A stretch of 64,000 nt of DNA from an uncultured Candidatus Saccharibacteria bacterium. Its GTDB lineage: Bacteria; Patescibacteriota; SOKK01. The notes beneath the pieces are model-generated. The model did no database searches. It worked only from the letters and a program-made list of their open reading frames with translations, and had not been told where the DNA came from. Below, one piece after another: positions 35,523 through 46,071 of this stretch. The position numbers and the translations under genes are program-made. The stretch lies in the NCBI GenBank assembly GCA_964518965.1, contig CAZFJP010000002.1:7795-71794 (forward strand), in the 5' to 3' direction. Position 1 is the first letter of the stretch; each line of letters starts with the position of its first letter.

Positions 35523-37752
35523 GAAACTCTTTGATTAACTTCTCTGCCTTGTAAATATCATTAATCCATTTAATCCTCTTGTCTTTTCTAAACCAGGTTA
35601 ATTGCCGCTTGGCATAGTGTCTCGTGTCTGCTTGGATTTTCTCAATTGTTTTTTGAGGAACTTTATATTGTTTAATTTCCTGAGGAGAAAGATTCTTAAA
35701 ATCATTAGCAATCTGCCGATAACCAATTCCTGAGAATGCTTCATGACTGAAATCATACTTTTTCAAATATAATTTTCTTACTTCATCTACTAATCCTTCC
35801 TTAATCATTTTTAAAACTCGTTTGTTAATTCGCTGATAAAGTTTCTCGCGAGGAATGTCAATGCCAATTAAAAGAACATTGAAGTTCGGTTTTTTGAGAT
35901 TCCTTTTTTTAATGATCGACTGACCAGTTTTGATAATCACTTCTAGCGCTCTTACTACTCGGCGCTTATTCTTTAAATCAATCTTCCGGTAAGCTAATGG
36001 ATCTTTCTTTTTTAACTCTTTCTTTAATTCTACTAGAGACTGGGATTCTAGTTTCTGACGAAGTTTATAATTAGGTTTATCATGGGGTAAAACATAGCCA
36101 TCTACCACCGCATTAATATAGAGTCCTGTTCCTCCAACAAGGAATGGCAAATGACCTCTTTGCCAGATTTTTACCATTGTTTTTTGCGCTAATTTCTGAT
36201 AGTCAGAAACGGTAAATTTCTGATTTGGTCTTTTAATATCTATCAAAAATTGAGTAATTTTTTTATCCTTAGCTGTACCAATATCTAAACCCTTGTAAAT
36301 TTGGCGACTATCAGCCGAAATAATTTCGCCTTTGAATTTCTTGGCTAATCTACTCGCCCACTTGGTTTTCCCCGATGCTGTCGGTCCCAAAATAACTACT
36401 AGCTTTCTTCCTGACTCTGCCCTCTGCCCTGTGCCCTCTGCCCTTATTCCTTCAAGACCAAATGATTGCCCTTTCGTAATCCTCACTGGTATAAATTTTC
36501 CAATCAAATTATTACCACCCTTAAACTTTACCGTGTGAAATCCATTGTCCTTCCCTAACCAATAACCATTTTTCTTTCTTTCTACTAGAACAAGAAGTTC
36601 TTTTCCAATCAACTTTTGATTTTTCTTTTTTGCTATCTCGGCTAAAACTTTATTTAACTTCAGATCGCGTCTTTTTTTCTCTTCCAAAGAAACATTGTCT
36701 TGTAATTGAAAGGCGACAGTTTTTTCTCGCGGCGAGTAACGACTGATATAGGCCATATCAAACTGTACTTCCCGAAACAACTTTACAGTGTTCTCAAATT
36801 GTTCCCTTGTTTCTCCGGGAAAACCAACAATAATATCCGTAGATATTGTAACTTCCGGAACTGCTTTACGAATCTTACCAATCAGTTTCTTGAAATATTC
36901 CCCAGTATATTTACGATTCATTTTCTTTAAAATTTGATTGTCGCCAGACTGCACTGCCAGATGAAGATATTTCGTCACCTTGTCTAAAGTGGCTATCGCC
37001 TGAATCAGTTGAGACGACAAGTCCTTTGGGTGAGAAGTCAGGAATCTAATCCAGAAGTTGCCTTTGACGCCATTTAATAATTCCAGTAATTGGGGAAATG
37101 GTTCAGTGAATTTTAACCTCTGCCCCCTGCCCTTTGACCTCTGCCCTGAGTAGCTATTAACATTCTGCCCCAACAACGTAATCTCTTTATACCCCCGTCC
37201 TACCAAACCCTTCACTTCCTCATAAATCTCCTTCATCGGTCGGCTTTCTTCTCTTCCTCTTGCATAAGGAACCACACAATAAGCACAAAAATTATTGCAA
37301 CCAAAGGAAATTGGAACATAAGCCTGAAAGTTAGAGTTATGTTTTGGTGGGATTGTAAAAAATTGTTTGATTCTTTGTTCTCGAATCGTAGGAAAATATT
37401 TCACCAATTCTCTATCCCATTCACCTAGTTCTTTAATCGGCAAATATAAAACTGGTCGCTTAAATTGCTTTTGTAGATAACCTGGATCATGATACAACAT
37501 GCAGCCAGTTAAAACAATTTTTAAACTTTTTTTAACCGGATGATTTTTCGTTAACATATTTACTAAACCAATCACCCGATTCTCCGCCGATCGCCGCACC
37601 GAGCAAGTATTAAAAACCAATAAATCTAACTTTTGCCAACTATCAGTTTCACAAAATCCAAGTTTATTCAAATAAGCCGCGATACGTTCAGAATCGGACT
37701 GATTCATCTGACAACCAAAAGTTAAAATTTTGTAGAACAATTTTCTTAACAT
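35491..37752 (-). CDS. miaB-miaA: bifunctional MiaB-like radical-SAM methylthiotransferase fused to tRNA dimethylallyltransferase (MiaA); contains two in-frame GC-repeat insertions
   Basis: 753 aa; N-terminal half has TFGCQMNQSDSE, a CxxxCxxC radical-SAM motif and a TRAM-like region; C-terminal half has VVILGPTASGKTKWA...ADSRQIYKGLDIGTAK (MiaA P-loop). Confidence 0.8.
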   Translation of the reverse strand: MLRKLFYKILTFGCQMNQSDSERIAAYLNKLGFCETDSWQKLDLLVFNTCSVRRSAENRVIGLVNMLTKNHPVKKSLKIVLTGCMLYHDPGYLQKQFKRPVLYLPIKELGEWDRELVKYFPTIREQRIKQFFTIPPKHNSNFQAYVPISFGCNNFCAYCVVPYARGREESRPMKEIYEEVKGLVGRGYKEITLLGQNVNSYSGQRSKGRGQRLKFTEPFPQLLELLNGVKGNFWIRFLTSHPKDLSSQLIQAIATLDKVTKYLHLAVQSGDNQILKKMNRKYTGEYFKKLIGKIRKAVPEVTISTDIIVGFPGETREQFENTVKLFREVQFDMAYISRYSPREKTVAFQLQDNVSLEEKKRRDLKLNKVLAEIAKKKNQKLIGKELLVLVERKKNGYWLGKDNGFHTVKFKGGNNLIGKFIPVRITKGQSFGLEGIRAEGTGQRAESGRKLVVILGPTASGKTKWASRLAKKFKGEIISADSRQIYKGLDIGTAKDKKITQFLIDIKRPNQKFTVSDYQKLAQKTMVKIWQRGHLPFLVGGTGLYINAVVDGYVLPHDKPNYKLRQKLESQSLVELKKELKKKDPLAYRKIDLKNKRRVVRALEVIIKTGQSIIKKRNLKKPNFNVLLIGIDIPREKLYQRINKRVLKMIKEGLVDEVRKLYLKKYDFSHEAFSGIGYRQIANDFKNLSPQEIKQYKVPQKTIEKIQADTRHYAKRQLTWFRKDKRIKWINDIYKAEKLIKEFLKDRRLKAEG

Positions 37753-37837
37753 AACAATCTTATTGTAGCATAGAGAAATTAAGAGAAAATTAATCCCGCC
37801 ATAAAGGCAGGATTTTTGCTTTTAGATAAATATTGGT

Positions 37838-37866
37838 CAAGAAAAAGCGGCCCTGAAGGCCGCTTA
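37838..37866 (-). terminator. rho-independent terminator for the 37864-38424 gene
   Basis: Minus strand AAGCGGCCTTCAGGGCCGCTT followed by TTTTTC. Confidence 0.7.
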
Positions 37867-38424
37867 GATATCGGGAGGAAACGAGGAAGAGCAAAAAATT
37901 CTGATCGCCTCTTCCTCGCTAAATTGACTTTCATACTGCTTTTGGACGCGATTAAAGTCGCGCCAGAAAGAGATCAGCCCCGCGAAAGGAGCAAGAAAGA
38001 AGGCAGTGTATTTACCACGAAAGATTATTCCGCGGTAAATTACCCCACCGCCTTCAAGATGCAGGGGGTAACGATCATGGTGAATCTTCTTCGGCCGAGG
38101 GTAATCAGCACAAAGAAAGAGAAGAACCCAGTCGATGGAAAAGCTGCTGGATAAGCCAAATAGAAAAAAAACTGCAACAGCCAGAGTACCTTTGATACCC
38201 CAGTAAACCTGAACGGGGAAGAAACCCCAGATAGGGATTTCGGCTATCCTAGCCGCAAGCGGCGAGATCAGCACTGCTGCTAAAACCGCTGCAACGAATC
38301 CCACCCCTATACCCAAGACCATAGAAACACTCGTCAAAGGAATCCGTCTTATAAGACGGACCGGAAGAGCAAATAGCAACAAAAACAACGGCTCAAAAGC
38401 TGCGAAAAACTTGTTAGCATCCAT
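37864..38424 (-). CDS. hypothetical polytopic membrane protein in a locally GC-richer segment
   Basis: 186 aa with four to five TM helices; clearly higher GC than the flanks; the overlapping plus-strand ORF 37816-38154 is judged its shadow. Confidence 0.45.
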   Translation of the reverse strand: MDANKFFAAFEPLFLLLFALPVRLIRRIPLTSVSMVLGIGVGFVAAVLAAVLISPLAARIAEIPIWGFFPVQVYWGIKGTLAVAVFFLFGLSSSFSIDWVLLFLCADYPRPKKIHHDRYPLHLEGGGVIYRGIIFRGKYTAFFLAPFAGLISFWRDFNRVQKQYESQFSEEEAIRIFCSSSFPPDI

Positions 38425-38560
38425 CCATATCTTGCCTCCTCAGAAAAATAAAAAATAAAAGAGCATGGGTTAATGACTTACTATCCTAACACAAAAGTAT
38501 CTGAAAGTCAATGCTAAAGCCCTAAAATTATGTTATAATATCCTTGAAATAACAACGAAA

Positions 38561-39043
38561 ATGCGCACCAATCAATGGCTAAGACAACAATTAACCCTAA
38601 TCTGGCATAACTTCTTTCCAGAATTAAAAAAGCGTAATCCGATTGAAATTAAATTCGGAAGACGTTGTCGCACCCGATTAGGATCAATTAAACTGGAAGG
38701 AAGAAAAACAGTCATTACGATTAACGGATTATTCCAAAACGAGTCCGTTCCCGATTATGTTATCACCGGAACTATTGCTCATGAGTTAACTCACTATGCC
38801 CACGGTTTTAGCTCGCCGCATCCCCAACTGCAACGCTACCCTCATCAAGGCGGCATTGTTAAAAAAGATTTGGAAAAACGGGGTCTAAAAAATATTTTAG
38901 TAAAACAGAAAAAATGGTTGAAGAGTAACTGGTTAAATTATTTGAAAAAATATTTTCCTTATACGTATTGTCCTCGCCATGTACCATACGGTACATGGCG
39001 CCGACGACGATATGTTTATCGATTTAATTTCTGGCCTTTTTAA
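38561..39043 (+). CDS. putative HExxH zinc metallopeptidase (YgjP/DUF45 or SprT-like)
   Basis: 160 aa with IAHELTHYAHG. Confidence 0.5.
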   Translation: MRTNQWLRQQLTLIWHNFFPELKKRNPIEIKFGRRCRTRLGSIKLEGRKTVITINGLFQNESVPDYVITGTIAHELTHYAHGFSSPHPQLQRYPHQGGIVKKDLEKRGLKNILVKQKKWLKSNWLNYLKKYFPYTYCPRHVPYGTWRRRRYVYRFNFWPF

Positions 39044-39712
39044 ATGGGTACTCTTTATATTGTCGCTACACCAATTGGCAACTTAAAAGATATCACTTTT
39101 CGCACCTTAGAAACGCTCAAATCTGCTGATTTAATTGTTGCGGAAGATACCAGACAAACCAAAAAACTTTTGGATCACTATCAGATTCAAAAACCCCTGG
39201 AAAGCTATCATCAACACAGCCACGAAGATAAAATTGATTACTTGATTAGCCAATTAAATCAAGGGAAAACTCTAGCGCTAGTTACCGATGGCGGGACACC
39301 AGGAATTGCTGATCCCGGAAACCTCTTTGTTGAAAGAGTATTAGAAAAATCTCCCGACGTAAAGATTATCCCTATCCCCGGCCCTAGTGCTTTAACTACT
39401 CTTGCAAGTGTGAGTGGAATTAACATGGACGAATTTTATTTCGTCGGTTTTCTCCCTCACAAAAAAGGGCGTAAGAAAAAACTAGAAAACTTAAAAAATA
39501 TTACTGTCCCGATTATCATTTATGAATCGCCTTATCGGATTTACAAACTATTGCGAGAAATCAATGATTATCTGGGCAATAAAGAAATAATTATCGGCAG
39601 AGAATTAACAAAAAAGTTTGAAGAAATTATCCGCGGAAAAGTTTCGGAAATTCTAGCTAAACAATTCAAAAATAAAGGAGAATTTGTCCTTATTATTAAA
39701 CCTGATGAATAA
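39044..39712 (+). CDS. rsmI: 16S rRNA (cytidine1402-2'-O)-methyltransferase
   Basis: 222 aa; MGTLYIVATPIGNLKDITFR...ADLIVAEDTRQTKKLL is the RsmI tetrapyrrole-methylase fold. Confidence 0.9.
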   Translation: MGTLYIVATPIGNLKDITFRTLETLKSADLIVAEDTRQTKKLLDHYQIQKPLESYHQHSHEDKIDYLISQLNQGKTLALVTDGGTPGIADPGNLFVERVLEKSPDVKIIPIPGPSALTTLASVSGINMDEFYFVGFLPHKKGRKKKLENLKNITVPIIIYESPYRIYKLLREINDYLGNKEIIIGRELTKKFEEIIRGKVSEILAKQFKNKGEFVLIIKPDE

Positions 39713-41159
39713 ATTTTACGTTACCACATCAATTGCTTATGCTAACGCCAAACCCCATATTGGCTTTGCCTTAGAATCTGTGCAAGCAGACGTTTTAGCA
39801 CGTCTAAACAGACAAAAAGGTGAAAAGACCTTCTTTTTAACTGGTACTGATGAAAACGGTAGTAAAATCTATCGCGCTGCTAAAGAAGCCGGAAAAGAAC
39901 CTCAACAGTTTTGCGATAAAATCTCCCAGCAATTTCGCGAGTTAAAAAAAGTGCTTAATCTTTCTAATGACGATTTTATTCGCACTACAGACAAAAAACA
40001 CCATAAAGCAGCACAAACACTTTGGAAATTATGTCAAAAAGATATTTATAAGAAAAAATACCAGGGATATTACTGTGTTGGCTGCGAAGCATTTGTCAAA
40101 GAAAAAGATCTAGTAAATGGTCTTTGCCCTAATCACAAAAAAGCGCCTGAAAAAATAGCAGAAGAAAATTACTTTTTTAAATTATCTAAATATCAAAAAC
40201 CATTACTGGAATTCTATCAAAAAAATCCCGAATTTATTATCCCCCAAAAAAGATTTAACGAAATTAAACACTTAGTTGAAGAAGGACTAGAGGATATTAG
40301 TATCTCCCGTTCCAAAGATAAGTTACCTTGGGGTATCCCTGTTCCAGACGACGATTCACAAACAATGTACGTCTGGTTTGATGCATTAACTAACTATATT
40401 TCAGGATTAGATTGGCCCGAAAAAAGCGAACAGTTCAAGACATTCTGGCCAGCAGATGTTCACATCATCGGAAAAGATATTAATCGTTTTCACACTGTAC
40501 TTTGGCCTGCAATGTTAATGAGTGCCGGAATTGAATTACCGAAACAAGTTTTAGTCCACGGATTTATCAATGCAGAAGGAAAAAAGATGAGTAAATCCTT
40601 AGGCAATGTAATTGATCCTGTAGAGCTAGTTAAAAAATACGGAACTGATGCGGTGCGTTATTATTTATTGCGCGAAATTCCCACCACCGAGGATGGTGAT
40701 TTCAGTGAAGTAAAGTTCCAAGAACGTTACAACAAAGATTTGGCTAACGATCTTGGCAATCTTTTAAACCGCGTGCTTACAATGATGAATCGTTACCAAG
40801 TAAAACCAGTTGAATTTAAAAAACAATATACCAGTTTAGCAGAAATGAAAAAAGATTATCCTCATTTATTTTTCTTTAAAAACCTCAACTACGATAAATA
40901 TCTCAAACAATTCCGTTTTGATCTTGCTTTGGGAGAAGTTTTCAAATTAGTCGCAGAATCCAATCAAGTGGTAGATCAGAAAAAACCTTGGGAATTGGCA
41001 AAAAGCGATCCGAAAAAATTAGTGTTGGTACTACAAAATCTTTATAGCCGCTTGGCAGTAATTGCTTGTTTATTAGCACCTTTCCTACCAGAAACCTCCG
41101 AGAAAATCAACCAACAACTAAAAACCTTTGAACCAGAAGTATTATTTCCTAAAATTTAA
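39684..41159 (+). CDS. metG: methionyl-tRNA synthetase (short form)
   Basis: Class-I aaRS with AYANAKPHIGF (HIGH-like) and KMSKSLGN; the likely true start is the Met at 39705. Confidence 0.9.
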   Translation: MSLLLNLMNKFYVTTSIAYANAKPHIGFALESVQADVLARLNRQKGEKTFFLTGTDENGSKIYRAAKEAGKEPQQFCDKISQQFRELKKVLNLSNDDFIRTTDKKHHKAAQTLWKLCQKDIYKKKYQGYYCVGCEAFVKEKDLVNGLCPNHKKAPEKIAEENYFFKLSKYQKPLLEFYQKNPEFIIPQKRFNEIKHLVEEGLEDISISRSKDKLPWGIPVPDDDSQTMYVWFDALTNYISGLDWPEKSEQFKTFWPADVHIIGKDINRFHTVLWPAMLMSAGIELPKQVLVHGFINAEGKKMSKSLGNVIDPVELVKKYGTDAVRYYLLREIPTTEDGDFSEVKFQERYNKDLANDLGNLLNRVLTMMNRYQVKPVEFKKQYTSLAEMKKDYPHLFFFKNLNYDKYLKQFRFDLALGEVFKLVAESNQVVDQKKPWELAKSDPKKLVLVLQNLYSRLAVIACLLAPFLPETSEKINQQLKTFEPEVLFPKI

Positions 41160-41161
41160 GG

Positions 41162-41995
41162 ATGATTTTGCCGATTCTTGCCGCGGTAAGCCGTGCCACA
41201 GAAATCATTGTTGATAAAGAAGTCCTTTCTCGTCAAAAACTCAATTTCAAAACCTATCTTTTAGGAGGATTTACTTTCGTTCTCCTAATTGCAACAGTGA
41301 TTGGATTAACATGGGGAAAAGTTTCGCCGGATTTTTTTAAATTACCCTACCTTCTAGCATTCTTAGGAATTATCGCTACTGCTGTTGGCTGGAATTCAAT
41401 CTTCTATCGCGCAATTCAAAAAGAAAAACTGAGTGATGCAGAACCCATTATTCTCGCAACACCGCTGATGGTCATTCTTATCTCTGCTATCTTTATCCCT
41501 GAGGAACGTAAGTGGAGCTATATCGTCCTTGCTTTAATTGCCTCTCTAAGTGTCATCGCGAGTCGCTTTCAACGCAAACATCTCCACTTCAACATTTACT
41601 CACTTGCTCTTATTGGCTACGCGATCCTCTTTGGCTTTGAAGCACTTTTTGTAAAAGTAGTCCTTGCAAACTGCAACCCCTTTGCACTTTATCCTCTGCG
41701 CGTGCTATTTGTAATGACTATTTTAGCAGCAATTTTCCGTCCCTCATTTAAAGGACTATCCCATAAAAACTGGATTTCTTTATTTGTCATTGGTTTTATT
41801 GCCAATGCCTATCATCTTTTACTCTACTTCAGCTATGCTAAATATGGCATTTCCGTAACCGCTCTTTTCACGGTACTTGAACCGATTTTGGTTTATCTCG
41901 CATCACTAATGCTTTTCAAAGAAAAATTCCAACTGCGAAATATCATCGCCGCCGCAATTGTACTATTCTGCGTAATTTATGCTCAATTTATTTGA
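41162..41995 (+). CDS. DMT/EamA-like polytopic membrane transporter (tentative)
   Basis: 277 aa with 8 to 10 TM helices. Confidence 0.45.
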   Translation: MILPILAAVSRATEIIVDKEVLSRQKLNFKTYLLGGFTFVLLIATVIGLTWGKVSPDFFKLPYLLAFLGIIATAVGWNSIFYRAIQKEKLSDAEPIILATPLMVILISAIFIPEERKWSYIVLALIASLSVIASRFQRKHLHFNIYSLALIGYAILFGFEALFVKVVLANCNPFALYPLRVLFVMTILAAIFRPSFKGLSHKNWISLFVIGFIANAYHLLLYFSYAKYGISVTALFTVLEPILVYLASLMLFKEKFQLRNIIAAAIVLFCVIYAQFI

Positions 41996-42825
41996 TTATG
42001 TACGATACTCACTGTCATCTTAACTTTAAAGATTTTGATTCTGACCGAGAAAGGGTAATTGAACGCGCCAAAAGTTCTAAGATTACCGGAATCATTAACC
42101 CCGGTGCAAGCTTAAGAGACAGCCGCACTGCCGCAGAGCTATCAGCGAAATATCCTTTTATCCACGCGGCAGTTGGTCTCCATCCTCACGAAGCCCAAGC
42201 GTTAAATAATAAAGATATTAATTTAGTTATTGAGAAAATAGCAGGATTGATTAAAAAGAATAAAAAAATTGTCGCGATTGGCGAAACGGGATTAGATTAT
42301 CACAATGTTGCTGAATATTTAAATAAGAAAAATTTGGCTGAAGAAGAAATAGTAAAAGAAGTAACACGTGTCAAAGAAACACAAATTGAATTATTCAAGG
42401 CACACCTAGATTTAGCAATAAAGAAAAACCTCCCGGTAATCATTCACTGTCGCGAGGCATATCTAGAAATGCTAGATCTCTTAAAAGGACAAAAGATTTC
42501 CGGAGTAGTTCACTGTTTCAGCGGCACTTTCAAAGAAGCACAGGAATTTTTGAAAATGGGATTTTACTTGTCATTCACAGGAGTAATTACTTTTGTCAAA
42601 GATGACGATGAGTTAATTAAAATCGTTAGAGAAACTCCATTGAACAAAATATTATTAGAAACCGATGCGCCGTTTTTAACTCCCGAGCCCTATCGCGGCA
42701 AAAGAAACGAACCGGCATTTGTCAGATTTATTGCTGAAAAAATCGCGGAGATTAAAGGGATTTCGGTAGAAGAAACCATTAAAGTCACTGATGAAAATAC
42801 CAAAAAGTTGTTTGGAATTGACTAA
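41992..42825 (+). CDS. tatD: TatD family metal-dependent hydrolase / DNase
   Basis: 277 aa; MYDTHCHLNF...; TIM-barrel TatD motifs. Confidence 0.9.
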   Translation: MIMYDTHCHLNFKDFDSDRERVIERAKSSKITGIINPGASLRDSRTAAELSAKYPFIHAAVGLHPHEAQALNNKDINLVIEKIAGLIKKNKKIVAIGETGLDYHNVAEYLNKKNLAEEEIVKEVTRVKETQIELFKAHLDLAIKKNLPVIIHCREAYLEMLDLLKGQKISGVVHCFSGTFKEAQEFLKMGFYLSFTGVITFVKDDDELIKIVRETPLNKILLETDAPFLTPEPYRGKRNEPAFVRFIAEKIAEIKGISVEETIKVTDENTKKLFGID

Positions 42826-43000
42826 ATTTCCAAGAGCGGGATTTTTATTTGCTCAAATTTTTCTCTTGACAGGTATGTTATATATGTTATAACTTAAGAA
42901 AGTCGGTAAGAAAGGAGTGGTCATATGACTAGAAAACGCTACCTGCTTCGCCCGGTAGCTCATTGCTGCTCGGGCTCTTGACCTCCGACCGAATAATTTT

Positions 43001-43034
43001 AAAAAACGACCCCGTTTTCTCGGGGTCGTTTTCC
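43001..43034. terminator. bidirectional terminator downstream of dnaK
   Basis: AACGACCCCGTTTTCTCGGGGTCGTT flanked by A/T runs. Confidence 0.75.
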
Positions 43035-43052
43035 TATTCTGGAAAACAAAAC

Positions 43053-44981
43053 TTATTTTTTCTTCTCATCCTTTACCTCTTCATACTCGCCTTCTTTTAC
43101 ATTCCCTTTCTTATCCTGGGGACCGGCTTGCTGTGTCCCTGTCTGCTGTTGTTTCTGATACATCGCCTGACCAATTTTTTGCGCCGCTTGAGATAACTCG
43201 TCACTGGCTTTTTTGATTGCTTCAACGTCTTCACCATCTTTCACTTTCTTTAATGTTTCAATTTTACCCTCAATTTCCTTCTTGTCACCAGCAGCAATTT
43301 TATCGCCGGCATCTTTTAAAGCTCTTTCGGTAGAAGTAATTAAAATTTCCGCATTATTTTTTGCCTCTACTTTTTCCTTCTTTTTTCGATCTTCCTCAGC
43401 ATGAGCCTCAGCATCTTTTTTCATTCTTTCCACTTCTTCCTCACTCAAACCAGAAGAGGCAGTAATAGTAATCTTTTGTTCTTTACCTGTAGCTTTATCC
43501 TTCGCAGAAACATTCAAAATGCCATTAGCATCAATATCAAAAGAAACTTCAATTTGGGGAACACCACGCGGTGCTGGCGGAATGCCGTCTAGGATAAATC
43601 TTCCCAGAGTTTTATTATCAGCTGCCATCGGGCGCTCGCCTTGGAGAACGTGAATTTCTACTGACGGCTGATTATCAGTGGCAGTAGAAAAAATTTGAGT
43701 CTTAGCTGTTGGAATGGTAGTATTTGCTTCAATTAACTTTGTGAAGACACCACCTAAAGTTTCAATCCCAAGCGATAATGGCGTAACATCCAATAACAAA
43801 ACATCCTTGACGTCACCGGTCATTACTCCACCTTGAACTGCCGCACCGATTGCCACTACTTCGTCAGGATTAACACCCTTGTGTGGCTCTTTGCCAAATA
43901 AATCTTTAACTACTTTCTGAACTGCAGGCATACGCGTCTGACCACCAACTAAAACCACCTCATCAATGTCTTTTGCTTCTAATTTTGCGTCTTTCAAAGC
44001 CTTCTTACAAGGTTCAATAGTTCTATTAATTAAATCCGCAGTTAATTCCTCCAACTTGGCACGGCTTAATTTAATATCAAGATGTTTGGGACCCGAACTA
44101 TCAGTAGTAATAAAAGGAATATTTACATCAGTTTCCATTGTTGAGGAAAGTTCAATTTTTGCCTTCTCCGCAGCTTCTTTTAAGCGCTGGAGCGCCATTT
44201 TATCATTGCGCAAATCAATCCCTTGATCTTTTTTAAATTCATCGGCTAAATAATTGATAATTACCTGATCAAAATCGTCACCACCCAAGTGGGTATCACC
44301 ATTGGTGGACTTAACTTCAACAACATCATCACCTACTTCAAGAATGGAAATATCAAAGGTTCCTCCACCAAGATCATAGACTGCAATCTTCTCATTCTTT
44401 TTCTTATTTAACCCATAAGCAAGCGCGGCAGCAGTCGGTTCATTAATAATTCTTTTGACATCAAAGCCAGCAATTTTACCTGCATCTTTAGTGGCCTGAC
44501 GTTGTGAATCATCAAAGTAAGCCGGGACTGTAATTACTGCTTCGGTAATTTTTTCACCAAGGTAATCCTCCGCATCTGCCTTCAATTTCTGCAAAATCAT
44601 CGCGGAAATTTCCTGGGGAGTATAATCTTTGCCGCCCATTTCTACTTTAACACCATCTCCCGCCTGTTTAATTTTATAAGGCATCGTTTTTAGATCGCGC
44701 TGAACCTCAGGATCATCAAAACGACGGCCAATCAAACGTTTAACGGAAAAAATGGTATTGTCAGGATTTGTGACCGCTTGACGCTTTGCTAACTGTCCCA
44801 CTAAACGTTCACCTTTTTTATCAATGGCAACAATAGAAGGGGTAGTGCGATTACCTTCTTTATTCGCAATTACAGTTGGTTCTCCACCCTCCATTACTGC
44901 CATACAAGAGTTAGTAGTCCCTAAATCAATTCCTAAAATTTTACTCATAATTTTTCTCCTTGTCACGCTTTCAGAGCGCAA
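43053..44981 (-). CDS. dnaK: molecular chaperone DnaK (Hsp70)
   Basis: 642 aa; [18 protein letters not shown] and an EEVD-less acidic C-terminus. Confidence 0.97.
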   Translation of the reverse strand: MRSESVTRRKIMSKILGIDLGTTNSCMAVMEGGEPTVIANKEGNRTTPSIVAIDKKGERLVGQLAKRQAVTNPDNTIFSVKRLIGRRFDDPEVQRDLKTMPYKIKQAGDGVKVEMGGKDYTPQEISAMILQKLKADAEDYLGEKITEAVITVPAYFDDSQRQATKDAGKIAGFDVKRIINEPTAAALAYGLNKKKNEKIAVYDLGGGTFDISILEVGDDVVEVKSTNGDTHLGGDDFDQVIINYLADEFKKDQGIDLRNDKMALQRLKEAAEKAKIELSSTMETDVNIPFITTDSSGPKHLDIKLSRAKLEELTADLINRTIEPCKKALKDAKLEAKDIDEVVLVGGQTRMPAVQKVVKDLFGKEPHKGVNPDEVVAIGAAVQGGVMTGDVKDVLLLDVTPLSLGIETLGGVFTKLIEANTTIPTAKTQIFSTATDNQPSVEIHVLQGERPMAADNKTLGRFILDGIPPAPRGVPQIEVSFDIDANGILNVSAKDKATGKEQKITITASSGLSEEEVERMKKDAEAHAEEDRKKKEKVEAKNNAEILITSTERALKDAGDKIAAGDKKEIEGKIETLKKVKDGEDVEAIKKASDELSQAAQKIGQAMYQKQQQTGTQQAGPQDKKGNVKEGEYEEVKDEKKK

Positions 44982-45047
44982 CTTAATTAAAAAATAATTT
45001 AGGTACGAGACAGCAAGAATAAACTTGCTATCTCGATACTTAAACTA

Positions 45048-45506
45048 TTATTTTTTAGCCGCTTTTAACTGCGGTTTTACTCTCACAACTTCAATCTTCT
45101 TTGGTTCCTGCTTTGGCAATTCTACTTTAAGAATGCCGTTATCAAACTCGGCTTTGACCTTGTTACTTTTAATCGCCGTCGGCAAAGCAATACTGCGAGA
45201 GAAAGAACCACTTTGAATCTCTTTGTAGTAGTAATTTTTCTTGCTTACTTCTTTCTCACGCTTGGATTTGCCAGAAATTGTGAGAGCATCATCGGAAACC
45301 GAAATATCAATGTCTTCTGGATCAAATCCGGCAAGTGCCATTTCCACAGTTACTTTCTTGTCATCTTGAGACACATCAATAGCAGGAACAACTGAGCCTT
45401 TTGCAGGTAAAATCCCCCTGCGGGTTAGTCCCTCATTAAAGAGACGATCCATTTCCTCTGAGAAGGCTCGCATCTCTCGGAAAGGATCCCAGAGTGCTAA
45501 ACTCAT
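45048..45506 (-). CDS. Hsp20/alpha-crystallin small heat-shock protein
   Basis: 152 aa with an alpha-crystallin domain (…PAIDVSQDDKKVTVEMALAGF...AEFDNGILKVELPK). Confidence 0.85.
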   Translation of the reverse strand: MSLALWDPFREMRAFSEEMDRLFNEGLTRRGILPAKGSVVPAIDVSQDDKKVTVEMALAGFDPEDIDISVSDDALTISGKSKREKEVSKKNYYYKEIQSGSFSRSIALPTAIKSNKVKAEFDNGILKVELPKQEPKKIEVVRVKPQLKAAKK

Positions 45507-45562
45507 TTTGGTACTCCTTTCTTTAAGATTAAAGATTATTAATTTAAAATTTCAATTCCAAA

Positions 45563-46063
45563 CTATTTAGCCACTTTCACTTTTGCTGGTCTAATCACTC
45601 TATCATGCAATTTAAATCCTCTTGCCAACTCTTGGACAATCATCCCTGATTTAAATTTTTTATTCTTGACATGTTCAACCGCTTCATGAAGATTCGGATC
45701 AAATTCTTTACCCTCAGTCTCTACCTCGGTAACTCCATTCTCTCGCAAGACATTCAGTAATTGATCTTGAATAGCAATGATCCCTGCTATCCATTTGTTA
45801 TCTTTTAAATTTTCGGGAAGATTATTCAAGGCATGGTCAAAATTATCAATCACAGGCAATAACTGAAGAATCAAATCAGTATTGCAGAATTTCATTAATT
45901 CTAAACGATTTTTCTCCATCCGCTTGCGATAATTAAGATAATCTGCTTTCGCACGCTGCCAGCCGGAAAGATACTCTTTAGCCTGTGCTTGTGCTTTCTT
46001 TAACTCCGCTAATTCTGATTTTTCCTTGTGTTGATGAGATAATCTTGACTTAGCTTTTTTCAT
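45563..46063 (-). CDS. grpE: nucleotide exchange factor GrpE
   Basis: 166 aa; coiled-coil N-terminus and GrpE C-terminal beta-domain. Confidence 0.85.
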   Translation of the reverse strand: MKKAKSRLSHQHKEKSELAELKKAQAQAKEYLSGWQRAKADYLNYRKRMEKNRLELMKFCNTDLILQLLPVIDNFDHALNNLPENLKDNKWIAGIIAIQDQLLNVLRENGVTEVETEGKEFDPNLHEAVEHVKNKKFKSGMIVQELARGFKLHDRVIRPAKVKVAK

Positions 46064-46071
46064 AGAAGATA

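Noticed and set aside
37816-38154. 112-aa plus-strand ORF
   Set aside because: It overlaps a longer minus-strand ORF with coherent TM helices and its own terminator, and the plus-strand product is low-complexity. It was judged a shadow, though the strand choice is not certain.
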